From Octopus sinensis (taxonomy: Eukaryota): a stretch of DNA of 64,000 nucleotides. A program made the translations under genes and the position numbers. The stretch covers positions 135,346,001 to 135,410,000 of the forward strand of contig NC_042997.1 of assembly GCF_006345805.1 (NCBI RefSeq), in the 5' to 3' direction. Below the pieces are notes generated by a model that saw only the letters and a list, made by a program, of their open reading frames with translations, was not told the origin of the DNA and searched no databases. Below are positions 12,183 through 25,770 of the stretch, in pieces (position 1 is the stretch's first letter; every line of letters starts with the position of its first letter).

Positions 12183-13433
12183 CAGTGTGCGTAAAATATT
12201 TGAAGACATATCTTTTGGGGGTCATTGTTGCATTTTTTGCTAACTCTATATTAACTTTGTTTCAGAAAATAATAATGGCAAACCCTCAGCGTACTCTAGA
12301 AATGAAGAGACATGCTGTTATTGTGGTGAGCATAACGATTTAGAAATATCTCGATTTTTAAAAGTTGCCAGATCTTTCGCCTACAAAGTTTGTAAGGAGC
12401 TAGAAACTGAAGATGGAAACGTATCACCAGTATCAAAGCATAAAAAGCATTCTAAACGCTCTGAAATTATCAGAACACCTGAATTTATCCAGCAAGTTCA
12501 ACAGACCATTAATTACAATCACAGAAAGTCGATTAGGTCAATTGCAAAAGATCTCCTTGTGTCAGAAGGAACTGTCAGAAATGTTGTCCACGAAGACATC
12601 AGATATAAGTCTTATATGATAAGGAAAGGTCAATTTGTCAGAAATAGCAGACGAAAATCACTACATCAGATATAAAAAGCTCTTAAACAAACTGAAAACA
12701 AGCAGAAAAAGATTTGAGTTGGTTTTTCTCGAACAAAAATAACTTCGACCTAGATCAAAAATTTAACAGCGAAATGATAGAAGGTTCTATGCAGACCCTT
12801 CTGAAGTTCCAAGTGTTATGCATACAAAATTCTTGCAGCTGTTATGGTTTTAGGGGCTGTCAGCAATGAAGGACATGTGATGCCTCCTTACTTCTTTCCA
12901 CAAGGCTTTACTTGTTAACTCCGCCGTCAACATTGAGGTCCTAGAAATAATTGTTAAGCCTTGGATAAACAGTTTATGCAACGAAATGCCATATGTGTTT
13001 CAGTACGACTCTGCACTATCACACATGACTCTAATAACACAGGAAAGGATGGCCAGAAATTTTTCATGATCACATAACCCCTAACATTTGGCCTCCTAAT
13101 TCTCCAGATCTCAATCCATTGTACTATTACATGTGGAGCGTTCTTGGAAGAGAGGTTAATGAACACACCCATAACACCAAAGATTCTTTGAAAGCTACCA
13201 CAGTCAGAGTAATGTCCAAAATGAAGCAGGGCTGCTTGATTCGAGTATGTAGATGGTTTAGAGCTCACATAGAAGCAGTTGTTGAAGCTGAAGGTGGCGT
13301 TATTAAATAGCATTATAGAAAAGGTTTAATTTCATACTCATATACATTTTTTGATAAATAAAGTTATCTGTTATTATATATCTGTTTTGTTTTTATAAAC
13401 AAAAATCTGGCCTCAAATATCTTACGTACCCTG
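12183..13433 (+). mobile_element. Full-length but inactivated Tc1/mariner element, maT (DD37D) type
   Basis: TA flanks on both sides. ~28-bp imperfect TIRs (CAGTGTGCGTAAAATATTTGAAGACA and CAGGGTACGTAAGATATTTGAGGCCA). Transposase motifs VMVLGAVSNEGHVMPP, QYDSALSH and WPPNSPDLNPL(Y)YY. There are 37 residues between the second D and the third-D position, which now reads TAC (Y). Confidence 0.9.
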
Positions 13434-13452
13434 TATGTATATATATATATAT

Positions 13453-13540
<88 letters not shown>

Positions 13541-13542
13541 CA

Positions 13543-14389
13543 TTGGTTAAAACCACTTCGCCTAAAAACTTCGTACATTTTGGAAATGCATATAATACCA
13601 AACAGCCTATGAAACATCTTCTGTGCATATCGATTCACTGTTTAGACGAATGGAACAAGTTTCTTGGCATCAAAATCAAGTTTAGAATCCTATTTTGACC
13701 CTTACTAGATATTTCATGTATGTGTTTTTTTCGATACCATCCAAGAAAATGAATAGTTGCAAGACTTTCTTTCTTTCTTCTTTACATATACAGGAATTAA
13801 TGTCGTATAAAAATGTTGTTGCTTAATAAGTTTGATTTACATGGAAACAAGTTCCATAAAAGGAAAATTTGAAATATATAACGAAGTTAGAATAAAAAGG
13901 TGTTCTAGTTCCCTAAACTAAGAGAGAATTTGTAATCAGGCAGCGTTAAGAGATAGTAATTAATTTAAAGCTAGAAAATATGATATTCTTTTCTCCTCTA
14001 GGTACAAGGCCCAAATTTTGGAGGAGGGAGGCAGTCGATTAGATCGACCCCCAGTACACAACTGGTGCTTAATTTATTCACCCCGAAAGAATGAAAGCCA
14101 AAGTCGACTCCGGCGGAATTTGAACTCAGAACGTAAAGACAAACGAAATACTTATTTCTTTACTACCCACAGGGGCTAAACACAGAGAGGACAAACAAGG
14201 ACAGACAAACAGATTAATTTGATTATATCGATTCCAGTGCGTAAATGGTACTTATTTAATCGACCCTGAAAGGATGAAAGGCAAAGTCGACCTCGGCGGA
14301 ATTTGAACTCAGAACGTAACGGCAGACGAAATACGGCTACGCATTTCGCCTGGCGTGCTAACGTTTCTGCTCGACTAACGTTGGTAATT
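13543..14389 (-). repeat. 847-bp inverted repeat, right arm
   Basis: Reverse complement of 9676-10522. Flanked by (TA)n and (ATTT)n. Confidence 0.97.
13985..14380 (-). mobile_element. SINE family C dimer (inside the inverted repeat)
   Basis: Mirror of 9685-10080. Confidence 0.75.
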
Positions 14390-15219
14390 TATTTATTTAT
14401 TTATTTATTTATATATAGAGTAGATGTAATATAGTAGAACATTTAGTATATGTGTGTATATATATATATATATTGCCTGTTAAAGGTGTTTTTTTTCTAA
14501 TATTTCATGTATAAGCATGTATATATATATATAGTGGTATAAACATCAACACAATTTTTTCCCCTTCCTCCCTTTCTTTCCCTCTTCCCTTCTCCAAACT
14601 CACAGACACCCACACACGATGACACACACACACACAGACACACACCTCCACAAAACGATCATAAAAAGTGGAAAGAATTCTTAAACCCAAAAAAGCATTT
14701 GACCATTAAACACACACACTCTCTCACAATGATAAAAGGAAATATAATTTATGGCCTGCCTCCCCACCATCACACACTCAGTGACACTGTGAAGTGGCCA
14801 AAACTGAAATTCTTTCGTTTTTCCCAAGACCTTCGAACCCCCTTGGAGTCAATATTCTGTCCAGCAGACCCAAAAAATTCTTTTCTTCTTCTTCCCTTTC
14901 CCTTCCCCTCTTTTTATTTAGCACTCATCCCAGATACAAAAACACACACACACACATACCCACATGTTCTCTCTCTCACTTTCTCCTCATCCATTACCGT
15001 CTTGTACTGTCTTATATTCCTCCCCACCACTACAAACTCTATAAAATAGTCCACTATAAAATAGTCAAAACTCCTCACACTTAGTTTGATTTGAAAACCC
15101 CACTAGAATGGGAGAAAGCGCTAATGATCTAAGTGATATGATATATATAAAAAATGTAATATACAAATAAATATCTGTAAATATAAACCATCCGATCTTC
15201 TGAGTACCTCATTTCTTCT

Positions 15220-15252
15220 AATATATATATATATATATATATTTATTTATTC

Positions 15253-15285
<33 letters not shown>

Positions 15286-15334
15286 TATATACATACATAT
15301 ATATATACATATATATATATACACACACACACAC

Positions 15335-15402
<68 letters not shown>

Positions 15403-15460
15403 TATATATATAGGTACAATTATTTGTGTGCGAGTGTGTATGTGTGTGTGTGCGCGCATG
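15220..15460. repeat. (TA)n/(CA)n/(TG)n microsatellite
   Basis: Directly visible. Confidence 0.9.
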
Positions 15461-17088
15461 CGTTTGGCTAAAGCTACAATTAATAATTGCATTACATTCT
15501 GCTCTTTTCCCTTTAATTGTTTATTCATTTTTATGACATTATTTTATTTTTGCTTCTTTCCAATCCGGAAGTGTATGCTGCCGCTTTAAATGCTCTACTT
15601 AAATACGACCTGGACGACCCGATCAGCTTTGTCTAAATCCTTGTTAGCACACTTAAATGAAATCGATATATGTAAGACAGCTGCAACTAACTTGGTAGGC
15701 CTGGAAATTATTCCCACATCATCACAACGTATGATGAAAAAGATATTCCAATTTCTCCAAAATATTTATGAACAGGATGTTCCTAGCAGAATCTATTCAG
15801 CTTCATTAGGATAAACATAGTGAATCGTGCGAAAATACAACCTTCACTTATATTCACGCTCAGAACCACTAATTTATGATTTACGTTCAAAAAGTTCGTT
15901 ATGACCTTGAGATTCAGAATTTACAGAAACAATACTGTCACACTACACTAATTCCAAGCAATCGAATTAGGTAAACACCTCTTGAAGCACGAGTGCACAC
16001 ATCTGATTAGTCCTGATCTTGTTTATCTACATATCTATATCTAGTGATATAAAGTCATAAAATAAGTAATCTGCTTCTTTCATACACACCATTGACTGTA
16101 TGCAGTCATGCGCCCTTCTCTCAGTATGGCCATGTAGGCACTAAATATGGAAAATTCAAAATAACACGTATTCGACTTCGGAAAAGAAACTGAGTAATTT
16201 AAGATTCCATTCTGAGTGTTGTTATTGAGGTTTACATAAGTTTTTTGTCCATGTAAAAAGTAATTCCTTGAGTTAAAGATATGTTGAGTAGTGTATTTAT
16301 ATTACAAGACCGTTCCCCGACGTAACAGTAGCTCAATAACTCAAAATAATAAAAAGAAACAAATTAATAAATTGAAGAGTTAACTTCAAATTGCTGTTTT
16401 AACATATCATTTGTTGTGATCGGTATAAAATTTGTTGATTCTACTTGTTTTATACAGTGCTTTGTTTTGCTTAGGTTTTATAATCCTCGTCGAAGACACA
16501 TGCTTGACAGCTTGTTTTTCTTTTCATATAGCTTCTTGATACTGATTTTTATTTCTACTTTATATTATGTTTGCAGTGTTTGAGATCGTTCCTGTATTTT
16601 GTATCATTGACTGTTTATTTTTTGTTATTTAGGTTGTATATTTTCATGTTATACAGTGATGAAGCATTAGCTGGAAGCCTTGTGAATTATCTGACTGTGT
16701 TTTCCTATATTTGGGTTGGTGTATGTGCAGTGGAGAAATCAATAAACTGTAATTCCTTCACTTCATATAATGTTTCTTGTGGCTTTTTTTTTTTTGCTAT
16801 TAGTGTGTGAATCTCTTGTGGTGATGATGAGCAAATGGTCACAAGTGAGTTGGGGTTTGTTTGACGAATCTTTATAGCAGTCATATTCACATATGTCAAC
16901 TCCATAATTAATATTTTATGTCCTTTTTTTTATATTAATAATGATGATAATCCTTTTTTCGATGTTGAAATCATTACTACCATTTGGGTAAATTTTTTAA
17001 AATCGCAAAATATTTCCATTTTGTTTCTCATCGTTTTTATTGGAATATCTTCCAATTGTCACAGAAAGAGTGTCACATCACCATTGTC

Positions 17089-17091
<3 letters not shown>

Positions 17092-17167
<76 letters not shown>

Positions 17168-17178
17168 CCCCTCTCTCT
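17092..17178. repeat. (CT)n microsatellite
   Basis: Directly visible. Confidence 0.97.
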
Positions 17179-18904
17179 TAAAAATAATAAAAATGTCATC
17201 TTTTACATCCTCCTCTGTTTTTGTATGCTTTTATCATACTGGTGCATCAAATGCGATGACTGTGTATGGTAGTCCTTATTGCACTCATAACCGATGAAGT
17301 CTGAGTCATCACGTGTAGCTGACTTCATCCATCTTTGTCATATTAGTACTTGCAAATGATATATGAAATCCATTATTTTTTCAATCCCTGCCCTTGTATG
17401 TTTCCAGGATAAACATTTTCATGCTATGTCCTCCCATGACTTACTTTTAATGTACTTTGAATTGAAGATCTTTTTTTTTTTTTGCACAAATATCTACATC
17501 TCAGTTACATACTTCACATTGGGCCAGTTTGTAAAGCAGAAATATATTTATGCAACGGTCTTCAATGCTGTGCATATGCACAAACTAATCCAGGTGAATC
17601 TCCCTAAGTATCACAAATATGGTGTCCGACTAGTCTGATTGAAAACCACAGTCTGTGAGTATATGCGATCAGCCATCACCAGAAATCTAGGGTGAAACAC
17701 TCAAATGAACAATTTACGAACGGTACTGAGGTGAGCTATTCCACAGTACTTGAATCAAATAACAACCAAACCATGCCAAATGAAAATAAACATTAAGTCT
17801 TGATAAAACAAGTACTTTTCATTAGAGGAAGAAAGATAAAGCAAATCATAATAGAAGTCGAATCTAGACGCGTTATTTTGTCAATGAACACTAGGTTCTT
17901 GCAGATGTTATCTAAATCCCTCGTGTTTCAACCAACTCACAGTTTATGTGATAACAAGTATAATTGCTTGGATTGAAATAATAATTATAAATATACTTAG
18001 TTTCGCCACTTGTTTTTCATATATTTTGTCTATTTAAATACTCCAAGGTCATTGATTTTGCTCGTCACGTCTATAGGATAACAGCTGTACTCGTGACTAA
18101 ATATATAATGATGATTTATTTCGATTTAAGTTATTATACTCAATTCTTACAAATTTGTGACGATTCATTATTAATATTAGAAATGTTACTAAATTATTAC
18201 CATTTTCTCTAGCTTTCATTCTGTCGGTGTCAATAAAATGAACAGCAGCCAAGTGTTGGCAAAGATACAACTTACATCATTTCATTCACACAAAAAACTA
18301 TAGCTTCTGACAGCTAAATTCAAAATATCCACCTCTTCCCCCTCCTCATCATTATTAGTGCCTCTTTTGTTGTTTGTTGTTCATGGCACTGATATCAGTT
18401 AAAGGTGACAAGCTAAGGATATCGCCCGGATATGCTCGCCAACTTCCTTTGAATATGCATGGCACTTTTAATCACAATTAAAATGTCAGCTTAGATGTTA
18501 ATAAATGTTAGCATCATAAATGGTATTCTTTTTATTTGTCATTTCTTTCTTGAAATATTTCCATTTTGAGCGAATCACAAGCTTCTTTAAACTTTAAATT
18601 AAATTAATATTATTTAAAGTTGTGTTAAAATTTTCACATCGGCCCAGTCTCTAACTCTCTTCTTTACCGTTTTGAAGGGAAACAATTTAACGAAGGAGCC
18701 GTAAAATAGAAAGTTAACGTGCTAGAAATCGAGGCCACTCATCTCTCGACGTAATCCTACATGGAAAAAAATAACATATAGCACAATGCAGCCCCTGGGA
18801 CGCAAAATTACTGGATAATGGGGGCTGGAACACATTCGACGATATGTTTGCTTGATTATGGCTTACTTAGTTTTATTAATATCCCTTCTAATTTTGACAC
18901 AAGG

Positions 18905-19075
18905 CCAGCAATTTTGAGGGGACGGCAAGTCTAGTTTAACAACTCCAGTACTTGACTGGTACTTTATTTTATCAACCCCTAAAGGATGAAAGGCAGAGTC
19001 GCTCTCCAATGCATTTGAATTTAGTGCGTAAAACCGGAAGAAGCTTCGCTCAGCATTTTGTACGACGTGTTATCA
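18905..19075 (-). mobile_element. Diverged SINE family C
   Basis: CTGGTACTTTATTTTATCAACCCCTAAAGGATGAAAGGCAGAGTCG matches the reverse complement of the family C core. Confidence 0.65.
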
Positions 19076-19500
19076 ACAACATTAAATACGTATTAACAGT
19101 TGGTTATATTCTTTGTTCCTTAATTTTGCTCACTAAGGTGTCATAGTTTAGTAAACGAGTTATTTTCTACAATACTAATACGGCTTCCACAAACAAATAC
19201 ATGATCCTATTTTCTAGAGGGTAAATCCCAAACTATTTCAGTTTCCCTACGTGAAAATTCTCTGTCTAGTTTTGACTGATAACCGCCTACAGACTAACAA
19301 TTCATCAGTTCCTAAATTCATGTTCGAACGAGTGACTGATTACCCAATTTACTGACGGTTGAAAACATTCATAAAAATTCAAAGGGATTTCTAAAAGAAG
19401 TTATGAACTAAGAATCTGACATATTGGATCATATACTTGTTAAGTTCGGAGTTCACAACGCGCCTTTTTATTCTTTCCATATTTATTTTCGTCCCTTCAG

Positions 19501-19519
19501 GTGTGGCTCTTGTTAATCG
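19501..19519 (+). CDS. Candidate 19-nt microexon (G-V-A-L-V-N-R) of an unidentified host gene
   Basis: Strong acceptor TTATTTTCGTCCCTTCAG| and donor |GTGAAT. Phase 1 to 2 fits the candidate exon at 29449. Could be chance. Confidence 0.2.
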
Positions 19520-22500
19520 GTGAATGATTGGTAGATAAATTACTATTGGTGACTTGCTACGAGTGAATTTTTCTGCACATTATTTCAACAGCGCAGGTTA
19601 CGATCACTGAACATCACTTACAGTGTATCCATATTCATAAACTATAAAACAAATAAATACTCAACAGTTTGGTCTCACATTGTTGAGAATATTTTATTAT
19701 GTGTAATCATATAAGACATTGATTAAACTGTAGACTAAAATAGCAGACTTCCTATCAAAGGTTAAAAGAAATTACAGATTTGAACGTTAGCAAATTTTCT
19801 ATAGAAGAATGAAGTGTGGCACATAGTAGAGAACTCATTATATTATTCCGTACCACGTTACTAGTTATATGCACGATACTTCACCTCCAAGTGACCATTC
19901 GGAAGATTGGCAAATACTTCTTCAGAAATATATCATAAGTCCTACTATACAGACACAGTGGTCTCTTCTGTGTTTTCTATATTTTCATACTCGATAAGTT
20001 ATTAAGCAGTGTGCCATTTTCACTTTAGGCAGAGTTATTAATTGCGCTGCTTTTCATCTCACTCATATTTCAATCACGTCTGTTCACCTTAAGCACTTTA
20101 ACTTATCCTTGACCATCAGAATAGCAGGACACTGACACAATCTTCTTACTTATACTTTACTCTCATACATTAATCTATCCACTGAAGTTATCAAGTTGAG
20201 CCGTTTTGGTCTTATCACTAAGAGTTAATTTCAAAGCCACTTCTCCACAGTCCTCAAAATAAATAACCTCAGAACCGTAGAATATTAACTAGGAAATAAA
20301 GGAGCGCAAGTACTGTATAGATCTGAACCGTTCCAGCCCTTCCGTTCTGTTCTAATATCACTTTGTTAGACCTTTGTTTTTCACTGAGGATTAAAGCCAT
20401 ACGTATACAGAGCACTTAATAACATCAGTGTTTTCGGCAACTGCAAGAATGAACTGTACTTGTTTTCATGGACTCTTTGATCACTAAAATTGTTTATTCC
20501 TGACGTTGGGATTCTCTTCGTATCTAATTTTATACTGCCTGGCACTTTGTGGAAAAAGTCACTACTGAATTTCGCTATTGTAGTCGACACTGTTGTTTTT
20601 TTATATTTTTGATATTATCGATAATTAGCTTTACATCAATGCTGATCGAGCAAATCTATAACCAAAGGTATTTAAGCTACGATTAATGCACCTTTTAGTG
20701 GTATGTAATTCTTTATTTTCATATGTGACCTTTATCCTATACGGCCATATATGCTTTAAAGAAGATTCTGCTATTATTTCTAACGGGTCAAGTGACCCCA
20801 TATAATTGATGCGTGTGTTACTATTGTAAATACATGTCTTCAGTGAATTTGCAGTTGTTTTACTGTTTGATCGCAGTATAATCGAAGTGATAATGTTTCG
20901 ATTTGAATTCATCTTCATTTTAGATAAATTGAAAATTATTTTCGCTTGTCATACCTTCAAGATAGCTCATTCAATGACAGTGTTGATGGAAATTCTCAGT
21001 TTTACTGAAAATGGTAATTATAACAGAATTAATAGTCAACACATGGTTGTCTCTCTAAGGATTAATTACAGTTACAAGCACTAACAACACGACAGCAGTA
21101 AGAATAGCAAGAACACATAAGAGAGCTTCTGCATGCTCTTTTGATCTCCTAGAAATATTAGCAAATTCTCACTAAAAGCATTCGCTATCGTCTTAAACCA
21201 AAAGGGCACATTAATAGTATAGTTTCCGATACATCATTTCATGAGAATGACAATAATGTGATTACTCAGAATAACAACAAATATGAGAAAAATGTTAGTT
21301 TCACTTTAGAAAGAATTCTGGAAGCGCAAACTGCAGAAGTGAGCACTTAACTAATGGCTTGCCTAAAGACCCTTGGTAAATTGCCCGATATAATAAGATA
21401 TGTTAGATGTGAGATGATTATTAGATGCATCAATATATTTTACATATTATAAAGAAATTATTGAATTCTGGCCCGACTGATTGGTAAAGGTTCACTTACC
21501 AACATACTACAAATTCTGGTATACAAATACATCTCTTCCTTCTAGATATTCTATCATGATTATTAGAATCCCGCTAAAAAATACCCATCTCTCTATTTGT
21601 CATTCTAATGAGTCCGAGCGACTTGGACTTACATTAATCATTTCCCTTAATCGTTTTCCTTCCCAGCACACCATTTCTCGGGAGTTTGTATTCCACACGT
21701 TGCTTTTTAATCTCACTTCAAGTTTGATTAAGAATATCTTTAAACAAAGTCTTCCCAGCAACGACCAACCCGTTTCTTGGAACTACGTCAGATTATATTA
21801 TCTTATGCCCCTTCCTTTCTCTACCCAAGCAAAATGGTGTTATTTGAAGGTTAGTTATATGCAACTTCTAAAGCTTCAAGCAATGAAGAAGGGACTCCCG
21901 AATTGACACCCATCTACTAATTTTTTTGCTACAGCTTTTAACTTTCAGATGTTTTAATTTTCAAATATCTTAAGAGGGAGATAAAATAGTACCAAAGTAG
22001 TTTATTCGATGTAATCGATCAAAACTTGAAGCCAGAATGTCATTTAGTCAAGGGTCAACAACTGAAAATAATATACTGTGTGTGTGTGTATGTATGTGTG
22101 TGTTAGTGTATGTGTATTTATAACGAAAAATATGCTTGAACGTGTGTTTATGCGTGTGTATAAATACATATATATGTGTGCATACCTGTATATATCCAGT
22201 TGATCAGCAAAATGCTTAGGTGTATTTGGAAATTTAAATGTCAAACTTTCCATAAATTTGAAATTATACAATTATTTTGTCGATGAGAAAATCCTACTGT
22301 TATACACAGGATTATAGAGAGCATGTGTCGGTAATATATATATTCAAATTGGAATACCATATAATCAATTATATTTAAAACATGGTATATACTCTGCAAG
22401 CATTACAAACGTAAGGTAGTGGGATTTAGTATCATAATGCACAGTGTCGAGGTTTTCAACAATTCTTTGGATACGTAGATTACTGTGTAAAACGTATATC

Positions 22501-23776
22501 TATTAATCATGAGAATATCTCACGTAAGCGTCGGAGAAATTCATAGAGACCTTCATTGTCTGGATGTAAACGTAGTCAATAAACAAAAAATTCTTATTTT
22601 AAGAGAAGAATGTGTATAATAATTGTTTTTTCCATGCAAATATATTAGAGCCTACGAATATTTGAATTTGTTTTACAAAACATTATTCAATAAAATTTCA
22701 TGAATTTTTACTTTGATATAATCCTATCAATACGAGAAATCTCACAATACCTACATTCATGGCGTCTCCCTGACAATCTCTTTTGCAATGTAAATATAGA
22801 AACTCTAAGGCTTCTTTTTTTCCCATTTGTTTCTGTTTTCTATGTTGATAACCTAAATCTATAAAAGATAACCAATAATACAGTTATATGATTTACAACA
22901 TATTTAACTATTTCAATATTAAAATCTCTTCAATTTCTGCATTCAAACACACAGAGCATATTTTCTAGTCATGCCACAGCAATGTCTCAGCAGAAAGCAT
23001 TTCAAAATATAACAAATATATTTCAAGCGCAAACTTCTAAGACACTGTATCATCAATGAATTCGAAATGTTCGTAGCTAAAGCTACTGTTGAACCAAGGC
23101 AGTGAACTAGATATCCAATCAGAAGTTCCTGCATTTTAATTTGTAATATACATTCAACTAACTTATCTATAAGTGATATCCCGTTTTAGGTAGAAACGGT
23201 TACAGCGGTAAAGGGGAAAAGATTAGATGCAAACCAGGTAACAAAACAAAAATTAATTCCAGCAATTTATTTATATAGTCTAACCATTATATTCAAAGAT
23301 GCCCCTAGACAGTCAAGTATAAACATCTATGGCTGAAGCTAAGCCTTTTTCTAGTAATTCTTCTTTTTAAGCATTCGCTTGTTACAAGGTCCTTTGGCCA
23401 CTGAAAAGATGAGAGCTAGTAGAATAAAATGGATGCTAGACAGAAGTCAACAGCTGACGATGTACATTAGACTTAAAAGGCTGGAGGTCATATTGAAGAG
23501 GAAAACAAGACTGTGGAAGGGAATTTCAAAGTTCAGAGGTGTGAGGGAAGAAACTGGTACTGTAAAGTACTTTACGACACTGAGGAGTTTCCATTGTATA
23601 CTGATGAGAATTGGATGCAGGGCTAGTTGATCACTGATAAGTACATAAAGGGGGAACCAGAGAAGAGTGCTTAGCTGAACAATGTCCATGAAAATACTTA
23701 TAGAAAAGAGACAAGAAAGCCACACGATAACGATGAGAGTGGATCCAATTTAGAAGATATATCAAGACCAATAGCA

Positions 23777-25770
23777 TTACAAATACGGCGTTGAATGCGG
23801 TCTAACAGCTAAACAATTTACAAGAGCACCTGCCAATATGTTACAACAGTACTCAATGCAGGGGTGAATGGTGGACTTATAAAGATAAAGAATAGTCTCA
23901 GGAGTAAGATAACTCCTCGAATGAAGGAGTGAGCCTATCTTCATTGCATCCGAGTAGGCAATAAATTCAATGTAATTCTTCCAAGAAAAATCATAACAGA
24001 AAGTCACTCCTAGGAGACGAAGGGAACTACTCTCAGGTAAGTCAATACCATCCATCGAAACCAATGGCAAGAAAGGATATCTGAAGTGATTAATTGAAAG
24101 AGATTTAGCTTTCGATAAATTGAACGTTACAAGCCATTTCCTACCCCACTCAACAATAGATCGAAGAACATTCTCAAGGTTGCAGCGATCTCAACCTCAT
24201 CAGACAAGTCGTCAATTTGTCCAAACAAGAGTACAAAGTAGAGTCAACAGCTTACTAGCTGACAGATGATATGAATAGGCAGACCATTGATAAAAAGAAG
24301 AAAAAGATTTGGGCCCAGGGTAGATCTTTGAGGAACCCCAGCATTAATAGAATAACTGTATGAAGATTGACCATCAAGAAAAAACTTGATCCTACGGTCT
24401 TAAAGGAAAGAAGAGATGATGTTCAGCGTGAGATATGACGCACCACAGGATTGGAGCTTCCACAGAAGTCCAGCATGCCAAACCCTATCATATGCCTAAG
24501 AGATACCAAGAGTAGCTTCCCTAGCTTGAGAAGATCAGCAGTAGACGGTCCGGAATAGAAACTATATTGAGATTTGGAGAATAAATGATTTGAGTCAATA
24601 TATTCTACAAGAGAGTCATTAATCAAGGACTCAAAAACCTTACTGATGATTGGTAGTAGACTAATTGGTCTATAATTACAAGGATTTGATCGATCATCAC
24701 AGTTCTTAAAGACAGGAACAGTATTTGGGAATTTCCATAAAGAAGGAAAACAAGATTCTGAGATACACTTCCGGAAGAGCCTAAATAAGACAGAAGATAA
24801 TTCAAGAGAGCACTTCTGAAGAACAATGACTGGAATACCATCAGGTGCAGTTGCTTTACACGGATCCACCCGTACCACAATGAATGTGCTGCTCGTAGTC
24901 TGATTTAGCATCACGAATAACAGCCCCATAGTGATTGCGAGCATTTGTGAAAAGCTGTTTATTCACTGTAGAATAATCTCGCTGAAACTGGGCGATAGCA
25001 GTAGCATAAGCAGAAGAGAACCAGGGTAAAGAATGCGGTTTCAGCTAGTATTTGCGAGATGGTATGAAGGGGTTAATACTAACAGAAATCCCAATAGTAA
25101 CTTCGCCAGCACAGGCCCCAGCAGTTTTAGCAAAAAATATCGGTCCAAGGAACGTCATGAAGAAAGTCGCGAAAATTCTTCCCAGTCATCACGATCAAAA
25201 CTGAATAGAGTACGATGAAGTGGAGATTCCTTGGAAACGTCAACTGAAACAACAATATGATCAGATCCCTCGAGTGGAAAATCATGACAAACCTTACAAA
25301 TATCAGGATTTGATGTCAAAAGGAGATGAAGGAGGGAGGTAGATTGGTCATCATAATCAGGAATGCGAATAGAAAAGTCAAAGAGTTGTGCGAGCGATTG
25401 AGAAAGTGCAAAATGATACACTTCAATGCCAGATGCACTATTGTTATGAGAAAACTTAAGTCACTCTTCATGGTGCATAGTAAAATCACCACAGACGAAT
25501 ATATTCGCACAGTAATGAAACAAGAGAGCCTTATCGATGCTGTCAGAAACAGAATGTATAACAACAATTTTTGGAAGATGGAGAGAGAGAAAGAACAAGT
25601 AGCTAGTTGAATCCAGAAGAGAAAGACGGAAAACCATGAATGAGCACGCAGGATCCTCAAGATCTTCGTCACGAACGATGGGAAGATTGACACGAGTAAA
25701 GACGCCCAATATAATTGCGAGAGTCCTTCCGGTAAAGAGGAAGGTAGCCGGGGACAACAAAATCATCTGA
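23777..25770 (-). mobile_element. Decayed CR1/L2/Jockey-group LINE ORF2 (APE endonuclease + RT)
   Basis: Endonuclease-like IFVCGDF..HH and GSDH. RT KATAPDGIP, NYRPISLLPIISKVFE and thumb-like LYLYKSTIHPCIEYC. Many stops and frameshifts. Confidence 0.9.

Noticed and set aside
15560-15814. Protein-looking short frames ([21 protein letters not shown] and ORF 15590)
   Set aside because: No convincing splice sites and no recognisable motif.
20381-20918. Two adjacent minus-strand ORFs of 69 and 95 aa
   Set aside because: No recognisable domain or splice signals. Possibly old TE debris.
21481-23760. Weak similarity between 21481-21906 and 23379-23725, possibly LINE endonuclease relics
   Set aside because: Too degenerate to call without an alignment.
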